NCBI GenBank assembly: GCA_964573625.1
Contig: CAZNJU010000001.1
Location: 589,879 to 653,878 of the forward strand
Reading direction: 5' to 3'
From: Candidatus Woesearchaeota archaeon
Lineage (GTDB): Archaea; Nanobdellota; Nanobdellia; Pacearchaeales; GW2011-AR1
DNA: 64,000 nt
The notes under the pieces were generated by a model. That model searched no databases. It saw only the letters and a list, made by a program, of their open reading frames with translations, and was not told where the DNA came from. A program made the position numbers and the translations under genes. Shown piece after piece: positions 20,192 through 28,552 of the stretch (the stretch's first letter is position 1; each line of letters begins with the position of its first letter).

Positions 20192-21733
20192 ATGGAAACA
20201 TCCATAAAAGATTTAACACAAGAACACACAAACAAGTCGTTTAACGTAAGAGGGCTTGTAATGAAAGTCGTCCAGACAGGTGGACCTACGTTATTCGTCG
20301 TTTCAGACGGTACCGGCACACTTGCGCTAAAAGGATTTGACGGAGCAGGCGTCCGTGCATTCCCACAGGTTAATGAGGGAGACGCTATTGATGCACTCAT
20401 AAAACTCCAAGAGTACAACGGAGAAATTGAGGGAGAAATAAAGAAACTCCATAAACTTCCTCCACACGAACGACAGAAAGTGCATGATATGATTGAAAGC
20501 GAATTCAGAAAGAACGCTCGCCCAACAAATACTAATTTTATGGCTTCAAGTCCACTACTTGAGAAAATGAAAGATCGTTTCATTGCCGCAGCTACCGAGA
20601 TACGCATGGCTATTCTTAAAGGACGTCCTATTATTGTCAGACATCATAACGACTGTGACGGTTACAGCTCAGGATATACCTTAGAACGCGCAATCATCCC
20701 CCTTATTCAGCAGCATCACACCGATCCAAAAGCAGCATGGGAACACTTTGCTCGAGCACCATGTGCCGCGCCATTCTATGAAATCGAAGATTCCATCAAA
20801 GATATATCTCGCGCATTATCCAATGTAGCAAAATTCTCTGAAACAATGCCTCTTATTGTCATCGTTGATAATGGTTCAGGTATGGAAGACTTACTCGGTA
20901 TACAGCAAGGCCGTGTTCATGGAGCAGATTTCATAGTCGTTGACCATCACTTCTTTGAGCAAGATGTTATTTCCTCTCAAGTGTTAGTACATATTAATCC
21001 TTTTCTTGTCGGAGAAGATGGTAGCACGTATTCAGCAGGGATGTTATGCACAGAACTTGCTAAATTCATCAATCCAGCTGTAGATCATATCGACCATATT
21101 CCTGCAATGGCTGGATTCGCTGACAGAATAAAGAATCCAACCGTATTAGAGCAATATCTCAAAATGGCCGAGGCAAAAGGGTACTCGCGAGAAATGCTCT
21201 ACGAAATTGGCGGCTTGATAGATTATGTCAGCTCAAAACTACGATTCATGGAAGCTCGTGAATACCTACGGGCAGTTTTCGGTGAAAATATGGAAAAGCA
21301 GAAAGCACTTCTAGCGATTATGACTCCACACATTCGTCGCCTTGAGGCAAACGGACTTGCTGTAGCACGTTCAGCGTTCCAGAAAGAGCATATTCATGAG
21401 ACTACTTTTGCCATCTTGCCTATTGAAGAGACGTTCTCCCGAGGCACCTATCCAAAACCAGGTAGATGTGTTGGGTTACTACATGACTCTCTTCAAGAAA
21501 TCGAGAAAATAACTAACCTTGTTACAATTGGCTTGTTAACGGATGCTATAACTATTCGTGCAACAGACGGCGCAAACTTCTCAGTTCATGACTTTATTGC
21601 ATATTTGAAAGAAATACTTCCAGAATCCTTCCCAGAAGGTGGCGGACACAAGAACGCAGGCTCTATCAAGTTCATACCTTCACAGCAGAAACACGTACTT
21701 AACGCATTACGTTCATTTATTAAGAAAAGATAA
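20192..21733 (+). CDS. Archaeal RecJ-like DHH phosphoesterase with an N-terminal OB fold
   Basis: HHNDCDG, DNGSG, VDHH, GGGH motifs. Confidence 0.88.
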   Translation: METSIKDLTQEHTNKSFNVRGLVMKVVQTGGPTLFVVSDGTGTLALKGFDGAGVRAFPQVNEGDAIDALIKLQEYNGEIEGEIKKLHKLPPHERQKVHDMIESEFRKNARPTNTNFMASSPLLEKMKDRFIAAATEIRMAILKGRPIIVRHHNDCDGYSSGYTLERAIIPLIQQHHTDPKAAWEHFARAPCAAPFYEIEDSIKDISRALSNVAKFSETMPLIVIVDNGSGMEDLLGIQQGRVHGADFIVVDHHFFEQDVISSQVLVHINPFLVGEDGSTYSAGMLCTELAKFINPAVDHIDHIPAMAGFADRIKNPTVLEQYLKMAEAKGYSREMLYEIGGLIDYVSSKLRFMEAREYLRAVFGENMEKQKALLAIMTPHIRRLEANGLAVARSAFQKEHIHETTFAILPIEETFSRGTYPKPGRCVGLLHDSLQEIEKITNLVTIGLLTDAITIRATDGANFSVHDFIAYLKEILPESFPEGGGHKNAGSIKFIPSQQKHVLNALRSFIKKR

Positions 21734-21981
21734 TTACAATTTTTTCAATTTTCTCTTTAATTGATGCTTTCTTCGTGTTCTTCGTATTAGTTTTCTCATA
21801 CTATCTACAGAAAAAAGTGATTCTTAAATGTTTGCTCGTTTCTTACGGTTGCTAAAAGTCTGTTTAATAAGCTTTAAATAGCCTCCAGGTTTTTTACACG
21901 TACTAAATATAGCACTAGTCTGCTTGATTTAAACGGATGTTATCTTAAGATAGCATTTCGGCTTCAGACTTCAACTTTTAT

Positions 21982-22962
21982 ATGACTATAACACAAACCC
22001 TTCCAACTGAGAGAGAACCAGCTCACACTGCGAGCCCTTTAGAGCAAGCGCTCAAAGACCTAGAGGAAGCTCGGAAGCAAATCAAGGAGATAAAAGACGA
22101 ACTTGACGCAAGTTTTGCGTTAGTCAGGAAACACACACCACCCCCAAATTACAATGGTTTACTTCGAGGATTTGATGTATATGGACAGTCAATCCCCCTA
22201 GATGGACATGATGGAGGAGACTTAGTCAAATGCATTAATTTCAATGATCCGCAGTATAAATTGAATCTGCTTATTAACCGAGCACGAGATCGCGGCGACG
22301 ATGTAATGGCTCGAAGGCTGGAGAAGAGCCGGTCACGATTTGGACTCGTATTAATTGATGTATCAGGACATTCAAGAAGAGAGTCAATCCCTGCAGCATT
22401 CGTTTACAACTCATATTCTATGGGTATTGCTGATGAACTAGCTACCCATGGCAAGATTACGCACGGTCTAGATGAACGAGTGAACGATCAAGCCTATGTT
22501 GACCCGCTAGATGTCAAAATGGTTACCGCTGTAAGAACAATCATCAATAAAGATGGCAAGGGGATATTTACCACTGCAGGGCATCCAACACCATATATTT
22601 TTAGAGCGGGTGAAAAAAAGTTCGATATGTCTATTCAAAAACAGTGGGATAGAAGTTTTCCGTTCGGTATTTTGCCTTCTAAAGCGTACGCTGAAAGCGC
22701 AGGAATCCCCGGCCCTATGTGGGATCAACCTTCTCTGAATCGTTTCACACTTGGACGCGGAGACAGTATGCTCTTATACAGTGACGGCTTAATGGATCAC
22801 GGACCAAAAGATAAACGATGGTTCCCCGGATTTGCGGAAGGTGTTTTCAAAAGAACACACACATCATCAGCAAAAGATATAGTTGAAGCGCTCACAGAAG
22901 ATATTGTCAGTTATTCAACTCAACAAGATGATATAACGCTCTGCGTTATAAAAAGAGAGTAG
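21982..22962 (+). CDS. PP2C/SpoIIE (RsbU-like) Ser/Thr phosphatase with an N-terminal coiled coil
   Basis: GGDLV, LIDVSGH, AGHP, LYSDGL, DDITL. Confidence 0.88.
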   Translation: MTITQTLPTEREPAHTASPLEQALKDLEEARKQIKEIKDELDASFALVRKHTPPPNYNGLLRGFDVYGQSIPLDGHDGGDLVKCINFNDPQYKLNLLINRARDRGDDVMARRLEKSRSRFGLVLIDVSGHSRRESIPAAFVYNSYSMGIADELATHGKITHGLDERVNDQAYVDPLDVKMVTAVRTIINKDGKGIFTTAGHPTPYIFRAGEKKFDMSIQKQWDRSFPFGILPSKAYAESAGIPGPMWDQPSLNRFTLGRGDSMLLYSDGLMDHGPKDKRWFPGFAEGVFKRTHTSSAKDIVEALTEDIVSYSTQQDDITLCVIKRE

Positions 22963-22964
22963 CG

Positions 22965-23744
22965 TTAAAGACCAGGGTTTCCGTCAGTGCAGAATGGTCT
23001 TCCACTTGTTCCATGAGCACACGTCCCACTAGCGCAACATATCGAAGGGTAATGTGGATTCGTTCCAGGGGGTGGAGTAGGTTCTTGACTCGGACAGAGC
23101 ACTTGGCCTGTTCCGCAACTATTTGCTGAACAGACCTGAAATGAGTTGATAGGTGCAGGAGCTTGAATGGTAGTACATGTCTGAGAGGAAGTGCAACAGA
23201 ACTCATCACACGCACTAGTTCCGGTAGGACATCCGTTTTTCGTCTTTGTTGTACATATTGCATGCCCATACGCACTTGTGCATTTCGTTCCCGGCGGACA
23301 ACATGTATCCGTTGAGTAACTCCACCTACTGCAGAGAGTCCATCCAGTCCCAATAGACTCACATGACGTTTTGTTATTAGGTTGGCAGTACGGTTCACTA
23401 TCAACACTACTACATTTGTACAATCCACCATTCGTTCCCGGACAACATATTTTACCTGCTGATTTTGCACACTCAAATGTTCCGGAAGGGCATGTAAAAT
23501 TAGTGGGCGGAGTGACGCAATTTCCATTTGTACATATCCCTAAAGAGCCACCAGCTAGCACAAGGTTACCCGCAATTACTGTTTTAGCACTCTGACTGGA
23601 AAGCGCGCAAGCCGTTCCATCAGGTTGATTATCGCAACTTGAAACAGGAGGGCTAAAGTTAATTGAAGGGTATAGAATTGAAAACACTATTGCAGCAACA
23701 GCAACAAGTACTAAAAGAATTACAGTAAACTGAACCCCTTTCAT
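22965..23744 (-). CDS. Membrane-anchored Cys-rich repeat protein
   Basis: N-terminal TM, 28 Cys, four C-C-CC-C-C units. Confidence 0.8.
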   Translation of the reverse strand: MKGVQFTVILLVLVAVAAIVFSILYPSINFSPPVSSCDNQPDGTACALSSQSAKTVIAGNLVLAGGSLGICTNGNCVTPPTNFTCPSGTFECAKSAGKICCPGTNGGLYKCSSVDSEPYCQPNNKTSCESIGTGWTLCSRWSYSTDTCCPPGTKCTSAYGHAICTTKTKNGCPTGTSACDEFCCTSSQTCTTIQAPAPINSFQVCSANSCGTGQVLCPSQEPTPPPGTNPHYPSICCASGTCAHGTSGRPFCTDGNPGL

Positions 23745-24070
23745 ACAACAATCCAGTAATAAGCGTTAATAAGTTTATCGAGCCTAGAAGCAACTAATCA
23801 AAAACCAGCTTGCTTGCGAAGTGCATCTCGTGAACTTGTATCTTTCTTCACGTTCTGTTGACCCATTTCTCTTCGAGCTCTGTCACGTGCCGCCTTAAAT
23901 TCTTCAAGTTTGCGGTCGTAATCAGGATCTTTGAAATCGTTTGCTCGTGCCATTCTCTACTTTAACAAGTGGAGATTAAAAATGCTTCGGTGGTGCGATA
24001 TATCTTTCACAACAGGGTAAACAACAAACTGTGCGAACTGGATTGTTGAACTAAGACGTACAGTTTCTTC

Positions 24071-24547
24071 TTAAGGTTTAAACCAGCCCAGCATCATATC
24101 ATAGCTAAGTCTTTCCATCTTATAGAGCAGCGTTTCCCCTTCTGGGAGATCATGGATACGACTTACAGGAATATCTAAGATTGCATGGTGAGCCATATGA
24201 GCTCCGTGAGGTGTAATCGCGTGCGCAGTGAGAATATATCTTTCGGGATTAGCATCTCCCATATCTACTCTTTTACGCGTTACGGTTATACTATCTGACA
24301 AGCATCGCTCTTTAGGGCATTCTCCATACAATTCTATTTCTGCCCTCATGTCTGGCTCGCTTTGAGGAGTAAATCGTAACCAGCGTGCAATTCTTTTTTG
24401 TCCATTTTGATATAATGAAGCGTTGATTGCAGGATACGTTCCGTCTCTCACAGAGCATAGACTAACGGGTAGCTGTTCCCAAATCAAACGTACACGATTT
24501 GCTTGTGCATCTCCTAGGTCTTTAGGTAAGATTATTTTATTTTTCAT
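24071..24547 (-). CDS. Hypothetical protein
   Basis: 158-aa ORF with its own upstream AT-rich promoter-like region. Confidence 0.6.
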   Translation of the reverse strand: MKNKIILPKDLGDAQANRVRLIWEQLPVSLCSVRDGTYPAINASLYQNGQKRIARWLRFTPQSEPDMRAEIELYGECPKERCLSDSITVTRKRVDMGDANPERYILTAHAITPHGAHMAHHAILDIPVSRIHDLPEGETLLYKMERLSYDMMLGWFKP

Positions 24548-24640
24548 AGTTTAGCTCGTCTAAAACCCTATATAAATCTTGTCATATGTTACCACTTGAT
24601 AGATACATAAATTTAAATACTATCTTCTAACACTTTTTTT

Positions 24641-25855
24641 ATGGAAGAAGTAATCTCGGGTTGGCATTACGATAGAATACTTACACAGAGGAAAGGAGAA
24701 ATTCAAATAGCGTATGCTGAACAAGAGCGAATTAAAAGATTAAATAAAGAAAATCTTGCGAGATATCAAATTATTGAACGCACTAAAAGCTGGGCCAAAC
24801 ATGGATTAACCCCTGAAACTGCCGCTGAGAATGTTGCCATAGGTAAAACAACTCTAAAAAAAGATTACACTCAAAAAGCGGTTAAGGAATATGATCTTAC
24901 CAGAAAAGCTCATCCTATTCTTATTGGGCCTGCAACGCTCGATAGTTTGTTCGAATCAGAACCAGATCGTATGGACTATATTAAAGAAGGAAAATTTCCT
25001 TTTGATGATGTTTTCTTTGAATTTATGGAACCAGTTGATCATCGTTTGCCAGGTTATTCTCTCTCTGCCAAGATATGTGGTCTCCAACTTAATAAAATTC
25101 CAGTTTATCATGAAGACTCTGGCCAAAAAACTGATATATATAATCTTGCTACCTATTTCAGCTTAGAAGATGGAACGTATGGAGAAATAGTTGCGCCAAT
25201 TCTCCAAAAAGAGCAACTGTCTCTAGAAGTATGTGTAAGGCTTCCTCGTAATAAGGAAAGACTCGTCATGACAAGAGATATCAAAACAGAAGGGGAACTT
25301 GCTCAACTAGGGGCAATCTCAAACTGGAGAAGGGATAAAGATATGCCTCCGCATCATCCTTATCATTTTACTAACCAGCCTCCTGAATTTGATTTTCCTT
25401 TAGAAAATGTAGACTTAACGGAAGTCACTTCATGTATAGGTAGCTTGAATACCCTTGGAGTAAATATCATTAATTTCATTAATGCACAAAACGTTACTTT
25501 GGTTCCCCACGATAGAAAAGTAAGAACTCGAATTCTACGTCCAGGTAATCGCCCTATTGTTCACGAAGCGAACGCACCTTACCATATTGTAAGCATTGAT
25601 ACTAAATTCATTGATGTTGAAGAGGACAGAGAATCTACTGGGACCCTTCCATGGAGGGTGTACGTAAGAGGACATAATCGAAAGTACAGAGACGATCAAG
25701 GCACTATCCGATTGGTAACCTGGGTTACTCCTCATGTGCGTGGGCCAGATGGCGCTCCTTGGAGACACCACAGGTATGCGGTTTTAGCTGAAATGCTACA
25801 GAAGGAAAGAAACGATCTAACGCGATACGTTCCTAAAATTCCTCAAAATGATTGA
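24641..25855 (+). CDS. Hypothetical protein with a C-terminal VRGH..W..PHVRG motif
   Basis: 404-aa ORF with TATA box; the motif is of a type I associate with phage and MGE hypotheticals. Confidence 0.75.
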   Translation: MEEVISGWHYDRILTQRKGEIQIAYAEQERIKRLNKENLARYQIIERTKSWAKHGLTPETAAENVAIGKTTLKKDYTQKAVKEYDLTRKAHPILIGPATLDSLFESEPDRMDYIKEGKFPFDDVFFEFMEPVDHRLPGYSLSAKICGLQLNKIPVYHEDSGQKTDIYNLATYFSLEDGTYGEIVAPILQKEQLSLEVCVRLPRNKERLVMTRDIKTEGELAQLGAISNWRRDKDMPPHHPYHFTNQPPEFDFPLENVDLTEVTSCIGSLNTLGVNIINFINAQNVTLVPHDRKVRTRILRPGNRPIVHEANAPYHIVSIDTKFIDVEEDRESTGTLPWRVYVRGHNRKYRDDQGTIRLVTWVTPHVRGPDGAPWRHHRYAVLAEMLQKERNDLTRYVPKIPQND

Positions 25856-25920
25856 AAATTAAAAACGTAGCTATTCTAGATTATTTTACAACTATTTTAT
25901 CTCTGGGACATATCGTCCCT

Positions 25921-25933
25921 ACGCCCGAACCGG
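25921..25933 (+). repeat. 13-bp att-like direct repeat (reverse complement of a tRNA-Asp 3' end)
   Basis: Identical to 52141-52153. Confidence 0.75.
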
Positions 25934-26095
25934 ACAGCCTCGGTTTGTTCGATGCCCTTCTCAACATGGGGGAACGAAGCTAAATCCGAACGCCCGATGC
26001 GAACGAATAGAGATGATTGAACGCTCTCTTTGAAAGATGCGTTTTCTAATTTATTATACTCATCGTAGTATAAATACTTTTCCTTTTTACCGTCG

Positions 26096-26332
26096 CTAAT
26101 TGAGCAATCTGATTCCATGGGCAAACACGATTTCAATTACTTTTTCTTCTTTAAGTAAATACAAAACTTCACGGCATTGTACTTTAGTTATAGAAAAGTT
26201 TCTGCATATTTTCTGATAGACATCTGCAAATGGAACAATTATCTTTTTCGTATCGCGTTGAACTTCTTCCAATCTCTGAAGAAAGATAGCATACAATCCC
26301 CTTGAGGTATCAATTTGTTTTTGTTGCTGCAT
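26096..26332 (-). CDS. Small winged-HTH-like protein
   Basis: FADVYQKICRNFSITKVQCREVLYLL pattern; divergent from the pilin operon. Confidence 0.55.
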   Translation of the reverse strand: MQQQKQIDTSRGLYAIFLQRLEEVQRDTKKIIVPFADVYQKICRNFSITKVQCREVLYLLKEEKVIEIVFAHGIRLLN

Positions 26333-26611
26333 GTGGTTTGTTTAAATCAATATTACATTCTTCGCATAATTTCATAAGAACATCAACCCAATGCGGCCTT
26401 TCTACATCCTGATCTGATTTACTCTTCAATTCTTTTTCCATACTACTTTGTTTGATTAGATAGTTTATAAAAAACAGGAACAAAAAATAATGTAAAAATT
26501 AATTTTATTTCAATTCTGATCTTTTCTTATTTTTTCTATCACTTTTTGTACTTGGACATATTTAATTTGCTTTTGTATCGACCTTTTATGAAAACGTATA
26601 AGGAGGTTCGT

Positions 26612-26947
26612 ATGAAAAAACAATCCTTATTGTTAGCAGGCCTCTTAGTAGTCATGCTTTACGGCTTACCCTTAGTGGTTGCGTTTGACTTTAATCAAAC
26701 CATAACGCCTGAGCAACAAGCAACCTTTGACCACATTCTAGAGCCCGTAATGAAAATATATAATTTAGTAAAGTACACGGCAACAGGGGTAGCGGCTATG
26801 GTTCTCTTATTTGCAGGCATTAGTTATATTACTGGAGGATCAGACCCCAAGAAACGAGATAATGCCAAAGGAATGGCGATGTATACAGTAATTGGCTTAG
26901 TCGTTATTTGGGCAGCCCCGTTAGTGGTTCAATTCATAGTAGGCTAA
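26612..26947 (+). CDS. TrbC/VirB2-like pilin
   Basis: AGGAGG RBS, signal peptide, two TM helices, GSDPKKRDNAK..MY...GL motif. Start refined. Confidence 0.8.
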   Translation: MKKQSLLLAGLLVVMLYGLPLVVAFDFNQTITPEQQATFDHILEPVMKIYNLVKYTATGVAAMVLLFAGISYITGGSDPKKRDNAKGMAMYTVIGLVVIWAAPLVVQFIVG

Positions 26948-26948
26948 G

Positions 26949-27338
26949 ATGAAATGGCTTATTGCGTTGTTTCTTATAGCTGGAAGCGTGGCTCTTGCGT
27001 TATATGCAGAGCCCGCTCTAGCATGCCCTTCGCATATTTATTGTTCTAACTTTACCCAACCCGACAAGATAGAAGATTGCCACTATGTCCTTCAGCAGAA
27101 CCTTCATCACGAAGAAGAACAAGATCTCTTGTGTATTTTATGGGATCAAACGTATGGCACTAATGGTCTCTATCAACCGCCTTCTGGTTCAATCAATACA
27201 ACCGTTTCTTTACCTTATCGCGAAATAGACAATGGTTCGTTTATTCTTGCAGGTAAAATCCTAACGATCATATTAGTCAATTATTGCGTAGTCTCTATTG
27301 GCAAATCGTCACTTATACTGAGGTTATTCGGCTTATGA
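26949..27338 (+). CDS. Membrane protein of the pilin module (paralog of 63230-63619)
   Basis: AEPALACPS.IYCSNFT shared with the paralog. Confidence 0.75.
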   Translation: MKWLIALFLIAGSVALALYAEPALACPSHIYCSNFTQPDKIEDCHYVLQQNLHHEEEQDLLCILWDQTYGTNGLYQPPSGSINTTVSLPYREIDNGSFILAGKILTIILVNYCVVSIGKSSLILRLFGL

Positions 27339-27398
27339 TGTTAATTGAAAGGAGGGTGCTTTAGAAGGGCTTAAATATCGCCCCCAGAGTGGATTTTT

Positions 27399-27761
27399 AT
27401 GGTAAGAGTACCGGACTACATTAAGGCAAGACAGCGATCTCTTGAACAGGTTACTACTGCTCGAAATATGTTTGGATCAGATAATGTTGAAGTTCTCGGT
27501 AGAGACACAATGTATCCATGTCATTTCTTCGTTAAATCTCAAGAAGGACAAGAAGTAGTGAGATTTTATGTAAATCTAGATGATCAGAAGATAGATACCT
27601 TACCAAGAACATACGATTCGGCCAAGAAACTTGCTAGAAAATATGAATCTAAAGACGGGCGTGGTTCATGGAACGTAAAAAGAAATGGTCGTCGTGAAGA
27701 ATTAATTGAGAAAATAAAATTACCAAAGCACGATATACCTAATTGGTCGACTGCGGTTTAA
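27399..27761 (+). CDS. Hypothetical protein inserted in the pilin module
   Basis: Absent from the paralogous module at 63 kb. Confidence 0.6.
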   Translation: MVRVPDYIKARQRSLEQVTTARNMFGSDNVEVLGRDTMYPCHFFVKSQEGQEVVRFYVNLDDQKIDTLPRTYDSAKKLARKYESKDGRGSWNVKRNGRREELIEKIKLPKHDIPNWSTAV

Positions 27762-28552
27762 TTAATCTCGGCACGTGTCTGCCTCAAAAGCTGTTTGAGT
27801 TTCTGCTTAGTGTCATCAATGCCCCTATTCAGCCGTTCTTGCAATTAACACTTAATCTCTTATCAGAACCCATTAATCTTAACCTCTTTGTGAATATGTG
27901 GGTTATTGTCATTTATTGTTTATCGATGTTCTATGCGCTGTTGCTCTTAGCATCTGGCTTTAACTTCATGATTTCAGGTTATGACTCAGCCAAACGAGAG
28001 AACGCAAAGAGCTGGCTCAGAAACGTGGTTATTATGATTGTGCTGGTTCAAGCATCCTTCTTTATCTACCAACTCGCTATTGATTTGTCCGCAAGTGTAA
28101 CCTCTGCTACACTTACCTTAGTTGATCACAATTTCTTTCTCATCACGCTCAACAGTATTTCCGATCTGGGAATGGCGTTACTCTTCGGACTCATTTACAT
28201 CATGACGCTTATTGTAACGTCTTTGGTGTTGGTTATTCGGTATACGTTTGTAGCGATCGGCGTGGTCTTGTTTCCCGTAGCTATTTTCTTTTATTTCATG
28301 CCGCCTCTAAGATCGTATGGCTCGTTGCTCCTTAATTTCTTAGGAAGTGCTATTTTTATCACGGTTATTGATGCAATACTATTAGCCGGCTTCTCGCAAT
28401 TGGTAAACGTGAGTATCTTTGGCAATATGAAAGTAATTGTGCTTATTGCAGCCTTTCTATGTATCAGCGCCTTCATGCTCTTTATTCTCTGCTTTAGTAT
28501 TGTCAAAGCAGGCTTTAGCGTCTATCATGAAGTAAAGAGGTTCAAGTCCTAA
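27743..28552 (+). CDS. Polytopic membrane protein, VirB6/TrbL-like position
   Basis: About 6 TM segments; lies between the pilin and VirB4 genes; TTG start. Confidence 0.65.
   Translation: MVDCGLINLGTCLPQKLFEFLLSVINAPIQPFLQLTLNLLSEPINLNLFVNMWVIVIYCLSMFYALLLLASGFNFMISGYDSAKRENAKSWLRNVVIMIVLVQASFFIYQLAIDLSASVTSATLTLVDHNFFLITLNSISDLGMALLFGLIYIMTLIVTSLVLVIRYTFVAIGVVLFPVAIFFYFMPPLRSYGSLLLNFLGSAIFITVIDAILLAGFSQLVNVSIFGNMKVIVLIAAFLCISAFMLFILCFSIVKAGFSVYHEVKRFKS

Noticed and set aside
20119-20607. 162-aa antisense ORF over the RecJ-like gene
   Set aside because: Shadow ORF, Ser/Phe-rich as expected for the reverse frame.
22946-23527. 193-aa alternative-frame ORF overlapping the Cys-rich gene
   Set aside because: The patterned Cys-repeat frame explains the sequence; this frame has no recognisable features.
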